Virus record (IMG/VR): IMGVR_UViG_3300024496_000011
Direction: 5' to 3' (one strand)
Source: a virus
DNA length: 64,000 bases
The notes below the pieces were generated by a model. It made no database searches. It was not told the DNA's origin and worked only from the letters and a program-made list of their open reading frames with translations. Below, piece by piece: positions 47,930 through 57,159 of this stretch. The position numbers and the translations under genes were made by a program. How positions within the stretch are numbered: position 1 is the stretch's first letter; the number at the start of each line of letters is the position of its first letter.

Positions 47930-48667
47930 TTAAGCAATATTTGGTGGCGCAAATCCCTCAAATCCAGCTCCAACAAATCCACCAACATTTCCAGGGAGTT
48001 GCTGTAAACCAAAATTATTTTGTAATGGGCTTTCGTTACCATTACTAGTATTAATAGTGTTTATATTATTCATAAAATATCTGATGTAACTGAAAGATAC
48101 TGTACATTTCAACAATTGTGAAGAGTCATAAGATACTGGCATTGAATTAATTGAGATTGGATATGCGCCAATAAAAGTATACTCAACAAATTTATCAAAA
48201 TCTTTTTCAAATTTTTGCACATACATATCAACTCTATAATCATCTGGAAATTTTACTCTGTAGTAATAATTTCTTTTTGCTTGATCTTTATATTGATCTT
48301 CACCTACAGACCAAGACATCCAAGTTTCAAAAAATTTGATGATCTTATAATCATGATCAACATAAAAAGTAAAATCTATTCTATCATCATATTGTCTTCT
48401 GTAAACATGTCTCTCAGTCACACCAGTGAAATCATTATTAATTTCATGAGTTGCTAAAGAAGATCCTGGAAGAGACGCTTCGGAGCAAGAAAGAGTTAAA
48501 AGTTCTGGATCAATATCAGACTGTCGATCACCAAAAAATTTTGCAGCTTTATTTTTAATTTCTGAAGTATTAAAATAAACTGCATAATGGGAAGTTAATG
48601 CAGGTCTTAATATCTTTGACTTAAGTTCCGAAGTTGGATTAAATTTTGGTGTTTGACCTGAAGGCAT
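47930..48667 (-). CDS. gp54: Baseplate tail tube initiator gp54-like
   Basis: CSEASLPGSSLAT...RRQYD...FTFYVD...FFETW...AYPISINSMPVSY..S.LLKCTVSFSY (gp19/gp54 fold). Confidence 0.7.
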   Translation of the reverse strand: MPSGQTPKFNPTSELKSKILRPALTSHYAVYFNTSEIKNKAAKFFGDRQSDIDPELLTLSCSEASLPGSSLATHEINNDFTGVTERHVYRRQYDDRIDFTFYVDHDYKIIKFFETWMSWSVGEDQYKDQAKRNYYYRVKFPDDYRVDMYVQKFEKDFDKFVEYTFIGAYPISINSMPVSYDSSQLLKCTVSFSYIRYFMNNINTINTSNGNESPLQNNFGLQQLPGNVGGFVGAGFEGFAPPNIA

Positions 48668-48697
48668 TTGCCTATAAATATTTTTACTTATATATTA

Positions 48698-49131
48698 TGT
48701 ATATGAAAAAGATAAAAACACATTCGTATATTTGGGATACAACTAAATTGTGTGAAACATTCAATGTTAATGGAGCAACCATTTTATCCGAAACGTATGA
48801 ATATATTTCCGGAAACCATTTTTCCGGAATGTTAGGCAAAAAACACTCAGATGAAACTAAAAAACAAATGAGTGAAATTGCAAAAGGAAGAAATATGAAA
48901 AAAGCAATTGAGTCTTCTTCAAAAAAAAGAAAAGGAAATCCTGCACATAATATAGGCTGCGAATATCCACAGTTTCAGAAAGGAGGAAAAATAATATCAA
49001 AAGATGGAAAAGTGGTAGAATTTAAATGCATATCCCACATATGCAAAAAATTAAATTTAAATCCAACACATCTAGGTCAGGTCTTATCTGGAAAAAGAAA
49101 ATCTCATAAAGGTTGGAAAAATGCCTCGTGA
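48698..49131 (+). CDS. NUMOD3/NUMOD1-type DNA-binding protein, apparently a nuclease-less homing endonuclease remnant
   Basis: GMLGKKHSDETKKQMSEIAKG (NUMOD3); C-terminal F.CISHICKKLNLNPTHLGQVLSGKRKSHKGWK helix-turn-helix; no GIY-YIG or HNH motif seen. Start uncertain (track gives 48646); TATAAATA at 48673-48680. Confidence 0.6.
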
Positions 49132-49573
49132 CTCCAAGTATCATCAGGGATATTTTCATCCAAAAAATCCAGAAAAATATATTGGAAACTCCCAAAATAT
49201 AGTGTATAGAAGTAGTTGGGAACTAAAATTTATGCAGTGGTGTGATCGCTCACCTAATGTATTAAGGTATGGATCAGAAGAATTTTGTATTCCATATTAT
49301 AATCCAGTAAAACAAAAAGTATGTAGATACTTTCCAGATTTTATTATTGAAGTTCTTGAAAATAATGGAAAAACGCAAAAATATGTGATAGAAATAAAAC
49401 CAAAAAAACAAACAGTTCCTCCAGTTCAAGGAAAAAAGAAAAATAAAACCTATATTAATGAAGTAAATACTTATACAGTTAATCAATCAAAATGGAAATC
49501 AATTCAGGAATGGTGTGATGATCATTTAATTAAGTTTCGCATAATCACAGAATCTGAATTAGGCATAAAGTAA
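49121..49573 (+). CDS. gp4: Head completion nuclease gp4
   Basis: YHQG.F.PKNP.KY.G....IVYRSSWE.KFM.WCD...YFPDF...IEIKP...NQ.KW. Confidence 0.92.
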   Translation: MPRDSKYHQGYFHPKNPEKYIGNSQNIVYRSSWELKFMQWCDRSPNVLRYGSEEFCIPYYNPVKQKVCRYFPDFIIEVLENNGKTQKYVIEIKPKKQTVPPVQGKKKNKTYINEVNTYTVNQSKWKSIQEWCDDHLIKFRIITESELGIK

Positions 49574-49962
49574 TGGAAATCAAAGGGTTCGGGCAATATG
49601 TTGATTCAGGTTCAAAAAGAGTTAATGATCTAAAAGCAAGATTAAAAAAATACAAGTATACTGAACCCGATGATATTATGATGACAATTATGGAAGTCTT
49701 TCGTGAGGGAGACTTCGTTCCTGATGTTGGAAAATATTATACCTTTATATACTCAGCAAAAACAAAAGGATTAAGATATGATGAGTTCCCTTTGATCGCA
49801 ACACTTTCAATAGAAAAGTGGGGATTTACTGGACTTAATTTTCACTGGGGAACAGTCAGAAATTATACTTGGTTTGAAGTAAATAGCAAATTATTAGAAG
49901 TTAAACAAAATGAAATTGACTATCTTCGTTCTCTCGAATATGCAAAGTTTAGAACTAAATAA
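49573..49962 (+). CDS. gp2: DNA end protector gp2-like (short form)
   Basis: VGKYYTFIY.AKT...YDEFPLI...GF.GLNFHW...RNYTW.E. Confidence 0.65.
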   Translation: MEIKGFGQYVDSGSKRVNDLKARLKKYKYTEPDDIMMTIMEVFREGDFVPDVGKYYTFIYSAKTKGLRYDEFPLIATLSIEKWGFTGLNFHWGTVRNYTWFEVNSKLLEVKQNEIDYLRSLEYAKFRTK

Positions 49963-50041
49963 ATAAAAAACATCTATAAATGTCTCATACTCTACAAAAA
50001 ATTGAGATGACTCATCATCTTATGGTTGAGGGAGATTTCTA

Positions 50042-51367
50042 ATGGCAACTGTATATAAAGACACTCCACCCCAATATTTTAAACCAACTATACAAAATAA
50101 TTCAGTTAATGCACAAGGATATTATGTAACTGTGACTGATGGAGTGACAACTGTATTCAGAAAAGGTAAGAATGCATCAGGTCAAGATGAAATTATAAAT
50201 GTTGGAAGTATTCCAAAAGTAGGTAGCGGTGGATTTACAAATACTAGTAATGCAAGCAAAGAAGAAATACAATATTTTACTGCCAATGCAAGAAAAACAG
50301 TCAATGAGCAAGCAGTTCCTGTAGTAAGTAGAGGAATAGGTGGATCTGCTGGGGGAGGAAACGCTAAAATTAATCAAGTCTTAGGGACAAATTTAGCTTC
50401 AACATCAGCAAATCCTACATCAGGAACAAAACCTCCAGATCCACCACTATTACCTCAAGACATATCAGTGTCAATTCCTGACAGCGATATATCAAAATCT
50501 ATAGATGAAACTTTAAAGGTAAATTTAAGGTATCCTTTAGGAATAAATTCAAACGATCAAGATAGAATAAAGTTTAGTGTAAAACAAATTATAGGAAGAA
50601 CAGGTATTAATATTAGTGCAGATGCAAAATTTAATCTAGGAACTAGAGATCTCTCTAAACCATTGGGAACTGTTGTTTTGCCAATTCAACCATCAATTTC
50701 AGATAGCAATGGCGTTGATTGGGGCGGAGCAAATTTAGATCCAATTACAGCATATGCTGCAGCTTTATCGTTAGATATTGCTGCATCAGGAGGAAATATT
50801 GCAGGAGAAGTATCAAGAGCTTTAAATTCAGCTGCAGAAGAATTTAAAAAAGGTTTTGGTGGTCCAAATGATAAAGGTTACAAAAAAGCACTTCAAGTTT
50901 TCTTTGCTCAACAAGCAGTAGGAGCTCAAAACTTATTATCAAGAACTGGTGGAGCAATTTTAAACCCCAATCTTGAACTTCTTTTTAATGGACCAACATT
51001 AAGACCATTCAATTTTACCTTTAGATTATCACCTAGAAATAAACCAGAAGCAGAACAAGTAAAAAAAATTATAAATTTTTTCAAGAAAGCAATGTCAGTT
51101 AAAAAAGCAGCATCTGAAGTATTTTTAAAAGCACCAAATGTTTTTGAAATAGAGTATCAATCAGGAGATGGTAAGTTACACGAATCATTAAATAGAATAA
51201 AAACATGCGCTCTTCTAAATTGCGATGTTGATTATACTCCAGATGGAAGTTACATGACTTTTGATGACGAAAATAAAACAATGACCTCATACCAGTTAAC
51301 TTTAAGATTTAGTGAACTTGATCCAATCTATAATACAGATTATACAAGTCATTCAATAGGATACTAA
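50042..51367 (+). CDS. gp48: Baseplate tail tube cap gp48
   Basis: LRYP...LPI...ISDSN.VDW...G.ILNPNLELLFNGPTLRPFNFTF...P..FEI.Y...IKTCAL...VDYTPDGSY.TF...L.FSEL.PIY. Confidence 0.88.
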   Translation: MATVYKDTPPQYFKPTIQNNSVNAQGYYVTVTDGVTTVFRKGKNASGQDEIINVGSIPKVGSGGFTNTSNASKEEIQYFTANARKTVNEQAVPVVSRGIGGSAGGGNAKINQVLGTNLASTSANPTSGTKPPDPPLLPQDISVSIPDSDISKSIDETLKVNLRYPLGINSNDQDRIKFSVKQIIGRTGINISADAKFNLGTRDLSKPLGTVVLPIQPSISDSNGVDWGGANLDPITAYAAALSLDIAASGGNIAGEVSRALNSAAEEFKKGFGGPNDKGYKKALQVFFAQQAVGAQNLLSRTGGAILNPNLELLFNGPTLRPFNFTFRLSPRNKPEAEQVKKIINFFKKAMSVKKAASEVFLKAPNVFEIEYQSGDGKLHESLNRIKTCALLNCDVDYTPDGSYMTFDDENKTMTSYQLTLRFSELDPIYNTDYTSHSIGY

Positions 51368-51368
51368 A

Positions 51369-52037
51369 ATGTCAAGTTACTTCAGACAAGTTCCAGACTT
51401 TGAATATGTTAATAGAACTGCAGATGCAAAGAACATTTCAGACTATAGAACTGTAAAAAATCTTTTTAAACGCGGAAAACTAAGAGAAGATATTTTTGGA
51501 GATCTTCAATTTTTTACAAAATACAAAATCATTGGAAACGAAAGACCCGATAATGTAGCGTATAAAATTTATCAAGATGCTACACTCGATTGGATTATTT
51601 TATTGTCAAATAATATACTTAATGTTCAAACTGAATGGCCATTATCACAAATTTCATTTGATAATTATTTGATGGATAAGTATGGAACATACTCAAATAT
51701 AAATGCGGTTCATCATTATGAAACAAAAGAAATAAAAGATAGTAATGAAATCATAATAGTTCCAGAGGGACTTAGAGTACCATCCAACTTTTCAGTAACT
51801 TATTATGATCGTATCCTAGGAAGACAAATAAATCGAACAAATATAACTAAAGAAATTACAAATTATCAATTTGAAGAAAAAATTCAAAATGATAAAAGAA
51901 ATATATTTGTACTTAAACCTAGGTATCTAAATGTAATCTTAAATGACATGAATGAACTCATGAAATATAAAAAAGGTGCCGCTCAGTATGAGAGCGACAC
52001 CTTAAAGAAAGGAGACAATATTAGACTTTACACTTGA
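51369..52037 (+). CDS. gp53: Baseplate wedge protein gp53
   Basis: YFRQVPDF.Y...KNLFKR...F.KY.I.G.ERPD.VAYKIY....DWIILL.NNI....EWP. Confidence 0.9.
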   Translation: MSSYFRQVPDFEYVNRTADAKNISDYRTVKNLFKRGKLREDIFGDLQFFTKYKIIGNERPDNVAYKIYQDATLDWIILLSNNILNVQTEWPLSQISFDNYLMDKYGTYSNINAVHHYETKEIKDSNEIIIVPEGLRVPSNFSVTYYDRILGRQINRTNITKEITNYQFEEKIQNDKRNIFVLKPRYLNVILNDMNELMKYKKGAAQYESDTLKKGDNIRLYT

Positions 52038-52985
52038 TCATTCTTCAGCAAGACGCTGGAAATAAGAAAGTGCATCATCTTCATCCTCATCTTCAGTAGT
52101 AATCTTTGGAAGAGAAGGAGACTTAGAACGAGCATAAGACTGCTCTAGTTCTTCTACAACTTTAGATTCAACGGAAGGAGATTGCTCATAACTAGCAAAC
52201 TCATCTTCCTGTTCTACAACTGCACGAGAGCGAGTCGGAGAAGAATTCTTAAGACCGAGAACAGTGTTCATACGGTTCTCAAGTTCTTCATAAGACTTGA
52301 ATTGATCAGGTGCAATAGTAGCAGCTAGAGAATATTGCTTCTTCCAGATTGCTTCAAGAGCATCATCATCACTAAGAAGAGGTTCGACAGGACCAAACTC
52401 AGACTTATCATAATTCCAATACCCATCTTTCTTTACGATCTTGAGTTTGAAATTAGCACCTTGCCAGAAGTCAAAAGGATTGATCGGAGTTTCATCCTCA
52501 AACTCAGGTTGCATTGCTTCCATGATCTTATCAAAGATCTTCTTACCATACTTAAACAGGAAGACTTTACCTTCGTTGGCAGGATTAGAAGGATCCTTCA
52601 CAACATAAATGTTGCTGTAATAAGAGAGTTTACGCTTTTGTTTGCGAACGATTTCTTTGTTTGCTTCGGTTCCACTATTCCAGAGTTGTCGGTTATACTC
52701 AGAAACAGGATCTTTTTGTCCGATAGTGGTCAGAGAGTTCTCAATATACCAACCACCAGGACCTTGGAATCCATGGGAATAAACTTTAGACCAGGGAACA
52801 TCTTCTCCTTCAGGTGCAGGAAGGAAACGAATCACTGCAAAACCGTTTCCAGTTTTATCCAGTTCTGGTTTCCAGAGACGCTCATCAGCACCCCCAGAAG
52901 TTGCACTCATCTTCTCCACTTCTTTTACCAGTTTAGAAGTCAGAGAACCAAGAGAGGATTGTTTTTTAAGATCAGCAAAAGACAT
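52038..52985 (-). CDS. gp32: Single-stranded DNA-binding protein gp32
   Basis: D.RLWKP..DK.GNG.AVIRFLPAP...HGFQGPGGWYIENSLTT...YGKKIFDKI...NPFDFWQGANFKLKI; acidic C-terminal tail. Confidence 0.97.
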   Translation of the reverse strand: MSFADLKKQSSLGSLTSKLVKEVEKMSATSGGADERLWKPELDKTGNGFAVIRFLPAPEGEDVPWSKVYSHGFQGPGGWYIENSLTTIGQKDPVSEYNRQLWNSGTEANKEIVRKQKRKLSYYSNIYVVKDPSNPANEGKVFLFKYGKKIFDKIMEAMQPEFEDETPINPFDFWQGANFKLKIVKKDGYWNYDKSEFGPVEPLLSDDDALEAIWKKQYSLAATIAPDQFKSYEELENRMNTVLGLKNSSPTRSRAVVEQEDEFASYEQSPSVESKVVEELEQSYARSKSPSLPKITTEDEDEDDALSYFQRLAEE

Positions 52986-53032
52986 TAGATTACCTCGGAT
53001 TGTGTACGGATTTGGCTTTTGTGTACTTCGTT

Positions 53033-53061
53033 ATTCTACAGGTCGGAACCTGTTTTGTCAA
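53033..53061 (-). promoter_or_regulatory. sigma70-type promoter for gp32
   Basis: TTGACA (53061-53056), 17 nt, TAGAAT (53038-53033). Confidence 0.8.
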
Positions 53062-53380
53062 TCTGTTCTTTCATCATCTCAAGCATCTTAGACATGTTAT
53101 TGAGAATTATAGTCATATCAGTACCAGGAGGCATTCCCATCATAATCGCAGAATTGACAACTCGTTCTTTCATCTCAACTGCTTCGGGATCATCAGATAA
53201 ACTCATTCTTGTATAAAGAACTTTTTGTTTATCTAAAAGAGTTTCAAGAACTTCAACATGTTGAAGTTTTTCTTCTTTGGTCATTGTAGGAAACTTGAAA
53301 ATGTTTCCGTAAATTTGTTCTTGAAGTTCTGCAATTTGAGTCATTTCTGCTCGGACAACTTCGGAACTAAAAAAACTCAT
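53036..53380 (-). CDS. DUF1825-like conserved cyanophage protein
   Basis: FF.SE.VR.E...I.ELQ...LL.KQ..LYTRMSLSDDPEA..MK; usual position between gp59 and gp32. Confidence 0.75.
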   Translation of the reverse strand: MSFFSSEVVRAEMTQIAELQEQIYGNIFKFPTMTKEEKLQHVEVLETLLDKQKVLYTRMSLSDDPEAVEMKERVVNSAIMMGMPPGTDMTIILNNMSKMLEMMKEQIDKTGSDL

Positions 53381-53976
53381 TGATCCTCCAGGACTATTTC
53401 TTTCAAAAGTTTTCGATAACGAAATACATCAATATTTAGAAATGGATTATATTTTTTAATTCTACGACTGACGGTTTCCCACACTGGGTCTTTAAGTTTC
53501 TTATCAAACTTATTCCCGAACAGGAATATCTTATCATATATCACTAGTGTTTCTAGGCTAATTTTCCCGCTCAGGAACTTTTTTAGAAGCGGTGGATGAC
53601 CCTTTGAACACTTAAAAACATCTTCAAATTTATTTTCTTCAAATAAAGATTGACTTTCTTCTTTGAAAACATAAGAAAGAGACTGTACTTTCTTCTGCCA
53701 ATTTTGATATCTTTCTTCCCCTTCTTTGATCATTTCCCCAATCCAAAGTGTTTCTGGATCAGGACATGAGACAAAGTTGGCAACAAAAAATTCTAGAACT
53801 TCTTTATCTGATTTTTGTCTTGAAATTTTTTCGAACCACATTCTGTCTTTGCGTTTATAAAAAGACTGAACGGTTGCTCTACTTTTACCACAATATTTAA
53901 AATAATCATAACTGTCTTTGGTAAAATGATTTTTCAAAGACAGATAACATTTGTAGGCATCAAAAGGCATCATCAA
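53377..53976 (-). CDS. gp59: Helicase loader gp59
   Basis: Y..YL.LKNHFT...YDYFKY.GK...F.KRKD..WF.K.S...F.ANF...ISLETL.I.D. Confidence 0.92.
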   Translation of the reverse strand: MMMPFDAYKCYLSLKNHFTKDSYDYFKYCGKSRATVQSFYKRKDRMWFEKISRQKSDKEVLEFFVANFVSCPDPETLWIGEMIKEGEERYQNWQKKVQSLSYVFKEESQSLFEENKFEDVFKCSKGHPPLLKKFLSGKISLETLVIYDKIFLFGNKFDKKLKDPVWETVSRRIKKYNPFLNIDVFRYRKLLKEIVLEDQ

Positions 53977-54230
53977 AAAATTAATTTTGCACGGGAGGTT
54001 TTTTTAAGAAAGTTCAATTCCATTGCTTCATACTTTATTTTTTCTTTCAATGGTTTTGATATGAGCTTTGGAACGGATTCCAAATCAATATTGTTTTGCT
54101 CACAGAAATAAACAATAGCATCAATATAATTCATTTCAGTATTAACCTGAACAAGATTTTCAATTTCTTGAGCAAAACTTGATGGGCAGAAGAATTTACT
54201 TTCTAACGCTTTTTCTAATTCATTCTCCAT
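53973..54230 (-). CDS. gp33: Late promoter transcription co-activator gp33
   Basis: F...IE..V......YIDAI..FCEQN.ID.ESVPKLISKPLKEKIK.EA..LNFL; ATG at 54230 more likely than the GTG at 54254. Confidence 0.92.
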   Translation of the reverse strand: MENELEKALESKFFCPSSFAQEIENLVQVNTEMNYIDAIVYFCEQNNIDLESVPKLISKPLKEKIKYEAMELNFLKKTSRAKLIF

Positions 54231-54900
54231 CTGACCTAGTATTGTGATGTACAAATTCTTTGATATACCGAACTAATAGCTTAATATAATCGTCTTTGTT
54301 TCTTTTGTCAAATACCTTTACCTCTCCACCAGGAGTCACCATAAGTGTAATGAGTTTCTTAATAGGTATTTCTGTCAATTCATAATATGCAGCAGCATAA
54401 AACATTTCTTGAACAAAATAATTTTCAATCCACTTTTCTGGTTTAATCTTATCTGATGTCTTGAAGTCTATAACAGCAAGTTCACCTTCGTATTCTGCAA
54501 TACAATCGACTCTTCCCGCAAGTCCAAGATATTCTGAATAGAGTGTGCGCTCAATTGCATGAATATTATTTATCTTGTCCAAATATGGTTTTGCATGATG
54601 ATACATGATTTTTGTCATGGGTTGATAATCATTCCACACAAGTTCTTTGTTTTCAAGATAATCTTGACAGACTTGGTGAAAGTCAGTGCCTCTTGCAGTT
54701 GCTCTTTTAGTAATACGATTTGCTTCTTCTAAACCTACTCGATTTCTCCAATCAATAAAAATTTGTCGATTGTAAAAAGAAGTAACCGAAGTAATTGAAG
54801 GAACCCAATCTCCATTTGGAAGATTATAGAGACGAATCCCATTCATCTCTTTTTTATTTAATTCAAGTTCACCTAGGTAATTATGATGAATAAATGTCAT
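54220..54900 (-). CDS. PD-(D/E)xK exonuclease
   Basis: PSITSV...RGT.FH...E..LYS...AGRVDCIAEYEGELAVIDFKTS. Confidence 0.88.
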   Translation of the reverse strand: MTFIHHNYLGELELNKKEMNGIRLYNLPNGDWVPSITSVTSFYNRQIFIDWRNRVGLEEANRITKRATARGTDFHQVCQDYLENKELVWNDYQPMTKIMYHHAKPYLDKINNIHAIERTLYSEYLGLAGRVDCIAEYEGELAVIDFKTSDKIKPEKWIENYFVQEMFYAAAYYELTEIPIKKLITLMVTPGGEVKVFDKRNKDDYIKLLVRYIKEFVHHNTRSDGE

Positions 54901-55649
54901 GCACCGATTTCCATTTTTGCGAGAATGTATTCTTTAACAAATCCTGAACGAACAATATCATCCACACTAAATTCAATAATATCAATTGATGGCATGATTC
55001 GAAGAATCTTCATGAAATCAACAATTCCATTTTTCTCATTTGTTTTGATGAGATCGGATTGAGTAGCATCACCACAGAAAAGAATTTTAGAATTCTCACC
55101 CACACGAGTAATGATTGAATCAAGTTCATGAAAGTTTAGATTCTGAAACTCATCGACAATGATGATTGCATTGTCTAGAGTTGTACCACGAATAAAAGAA
55201 GTGCTCCAGAAACTAATCGTACCTTGAGTTTTAAGATTTCCATAGAGCATTTCAAAAGAAGCTTCATCAGGCATTTCAAACATGTACTTCACCATGTTCT
55301 TATATGGAATCTGATAAAGACTTGACTTGTCTTCATGATCTCCAGGAAGGAATCCAATTTCACGAGTAGCAACCAAAGACCTTACGATATAAATTTTTTC
55401 ATAAGGACTTTTTTCATCGAGAACATCTTTGATTGCATTATAAAGTGCAATAAAGGTCTTACCAGTTCCAGCGCAACCATAAGCAACAATGTTTTTATCT
55501 AACTTATAAGATTTAAAAAACTCTTCTTGATTGTCAGTAAGAGGTTCAATATTTCTTATAATGTCGAGATTGATTGGTTTCTTTCTCTTCATTTGCCTGT
55601 TGCTCATACCAAATGGAACTGGATTTTTAGGGGTGTTTTTTCTAGGCAT
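54897..55649 (-). CDS. phoH: PhoH-family ATPase
   Basis: Walker A GCAGTGKT; SFIRGTTLDNAIIIVDEFQN; TRVGENSKI.FCGD..QSDL; DIVRSG.V. Confidence 0.95.
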   Translation of the reverse strand: MPRKNTPKNPVPFGMSNRQMKRKKPINLDIIRNIEPLTDNQEEFFKSYKLDKNIVAYGCAGTGKTFIALYNAIKDVLDEKSPYEKIYIVRSLVATREIGFLPGDHEDKSSLYQIPYKNMVKYMFEMPDEASFEMLYGNLKTQGTISFWSTSFIRGTTLDNAIIIVDEFQNLNFHELDSIITRVGENSKILFCGDATQSDLIKTNEKNGIVDFMKILRIMPSIDIIEFSVDDIVRSGFVKEYILAKMEIGA

Positions 55650-55650
55650 A

Positions 55651-55899
55651 TCAGACTGGTTTTACATTTGATCCTGGTACTTTTGATGCTTTGTATAGAA
55701 CATCATTCCATCCAGGGTGAGATTTTTTAAGTCTATCATAGATTTCACCGACTTCTCCTGAATTGGGACAAGTTGACGGATCTGACCAATCCCTATCCCA
55801 ATCTGGATTATCTATTTTCCACTGGTCCCAATCATGAACACTTAAAGTGACTTCTTTTTGTTCACCAGTCTGTTTATTAATAACAGGATATGTTGCCAA
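55651..55899 (-). CDS. Conserved small hypothetical protein (82 aa, TTG start)
   Basis: TYPVIN..TGEQKEV...W..W...NPDW; GGAG Shine-Dalgarno upstream; AATAAATA at ~55926-55933. Confidence 0.7.
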   Translation of the reverse strand: MATYPVINKQTGEQKEVTLSVHDWDQWKIDNPDWDRDWSDPSTCPNSGEVGEIYDRLKKSHPGWNDVLYKASKVPGSNVKPV

Positions 55900-55928
55900 T
55901 GTTACTTCTCCATAGTATGTAAGGATAT

Positions 55929-56660
55929 TTATTCAATCGTAATTGAAGGAGCATCAGAGCATTCTGGACAGTCTTCACGAGTCCATCCAAGTGCTTCAGA
56001 TACCGCAGGGAACTGGCAAGTAAAGATACAACGAACAAGTTCTGCAATCTCCATATGTTCCTTCTGCGTACCGTGTGCAGAGCGAAGATCGATGTAATGT
56101 ATCCATGACCTTACAGAACCGGTCATATAAAGTCTTGTGGGGGTCGCCAAGGGCAGTACGAACCTTGCGCACTCCTTTGCTACTCCTTTCTCCAGAAGAC
56201 GGTTGTAGAGTCTCAGACCCTGCTCAAAATGAACGCGGATGTCTTCGGTCAGAGTCAGTTTCAAATAGTCAGGAATGTCATCAATAGAGTTCTGACGATT
56301 CTTATTGTCTTGACGACGAAGTTCTGGTAGCGGAATAGTTTTATTCAGAAGATTTGTGTCAGCATACCGTTGTGAAAATTCTTGATATGTGAAAGAACGG
56401 TGTCGTAAGATTTGAGCTGCTAGACCGCGAGTGGTGTTAATCTCTACGGTCATACTTGCTTGCTCAAAGATACTCCAGTGTTGATGTTGAATACAGTACT
56501 TAAGGAGACCAGAGAACTTTTCATTATCCTGATTAGCAGGATTAGAAACCCTAGCACAGTATGCCATATGTTTCTCTGCATCAGGAGTAACACTAATCAG
56601 TTTTACTTCTGGTTTCATAAATTCAAATTCTTCAGTCAGCATATCCATCGTCATCGTCAT
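55929..56660 (-). CDS. thyX: Flavin-dependent thymidylate synthase ThyX
   Basis: ARVS...HWSIFEQ...QILRHRSFTYQEFSQRY (ThyX motif)...ECARFVLP...GSVRSWIHYI.LR; true start probably 56642 or 56618. Confidence 0.95.
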   Translation of the reverse strand: MTMTMDMLTEEFEFMKPEVKLISVTPDAEKHMAYCARVSNPANQDNEKFSGLLKYCIQHQHWSIFEQASMTVEINTTRGLAAQILRHRSFTYQEFSQRYADTNLLNKTIPLPELRRQDNKNRQNSIDDIPDYLKLTLTEDIRVHFEQGLRLYNRLLEKGVAKECARFVLPLATPTRLYMTGSVRSWIHYIDLRSAHGTQKEHMEIAELVRCIFTCQFPAVSEALGWTREDCPECSDAPSITIE

Positions 56661-56832
56661 AAAATACTTCGTCGTAATCGTTTAGGTAAGGTGCAATTTC
56701 TTCATATCGTGGTTCTTGTGTATAAGAATCCACATCAGAATTAATCTCTGACTTGAGACATTCTACCAGAGACTCAAGGTTTCTGACAATAATCTTAAGC
56801 TTTTCTTGATTCATGTTTATCAACCTCGACAA
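56632..56832 (-). CDS. Small conserved hypothetical protein (66 aa)
   Basis: KLKIIVRNL..LV..LKSE..SD..SY; immediately downstream of a consensus promoter. Confidence 0.65.
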   Translation of the reverse strand: MSRLINMNQEKLKIIVRNLESLVECLKSEINSDVDSYTQEPRYEEIAPYLNDYDEVFYDDDDGYAD

Positions 56833-56837
56833 AGGTA

Positions 56838-56866
56838 ATTATACACAAAAAAAAGAGGGGAGTCAA
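56838..56866 (-). promoter_or_regulatory. sigma70-type promoter overlapping a terminator
   Basis: TTGACT (56866-56861), 17 nt, TATAAT (56843-56838). Confidence 0.8.
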
Positions 56867-56878
56867 GTCCCCTCTTAA
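56847..56878 (-). terminator. Rho-independent terminator ending the riboswitch/DUF4278 transcript
   Basis: AAGAGGGGA-CTTGAC-TCCCCTCTT followed by a T run. Confidence 0.85.
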
Positions 56879-56879
56879 A

Positions 56880-56978
56880 TCATTTTGCTGCTACCAGAGT
56901 AGCAAGAGATGCTTTACGACGCCTCTCTTCTTTTTGCTTTTGCTCTTTAATGAGTTGAAGTGCATTAAGTTTTTTCAT
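56880..56978 (-). CDS. Small basic peptide (32 aa, MKKLNALQLIKEQKQKEERRRKASLATLVAAK)
   Basis: Read manually; ATGA-coupled to the DUF4278-like ORF; GGAGAGG upstream. Confidence 0.6.
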   Translation of the reverse strand: MKKLNALQLIKEQKQKEERRRKASLATLVAAK

Positions 56979-57127
56979 TTTGACCTCTCCATGGAAAGTT
57001 TATTTCCATTTTCATCAACATAAAACATGGTTCCACGATAGATTTCTACTCGCGGTTCTTGTTTAAATGATTGATTTGGGCGGTTAGCAGTATCATATTC
57101 GATACCACGATATACTACTTTTGACAT
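56975..57127 (-). CDS. DUF4278-like small protein (50 aa), family of the glutamine synthetase inactivating factor IF17 (GifB)
   Basis: Read manually: MSKVVYRGIEYDTANRPNQSFKQEPRVEIYRGTMFYVDENGNKLSMERSK, with two YRG motifs; strong AAGGAG Shine-Dalgarno at 57140-57135. Confidence 0.7.
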   Translation of the reverse strand: MSKVVYRGIEYDTANRPNQSFKQEPRVEIYRGTMFYVDENGNKLSMERSK

Positions 57128-57159
57128 TAGGTTTCTCCTTAATGGTTTAGGTTAAAGAG

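Noticed and set aside
52030-52045. Special site at the convergent gp53/gp32 junction (TGATCA palindrome)
   Set aside because: Just two abutting stop codons on opposite strands; nothing further supports a recombination or regulatory site.
52335-52988. 217-aa plus-strand ORF
   Set aside because: Lies antisense to the highly conserved gp32; no recognisable motif, promoter or RBS.
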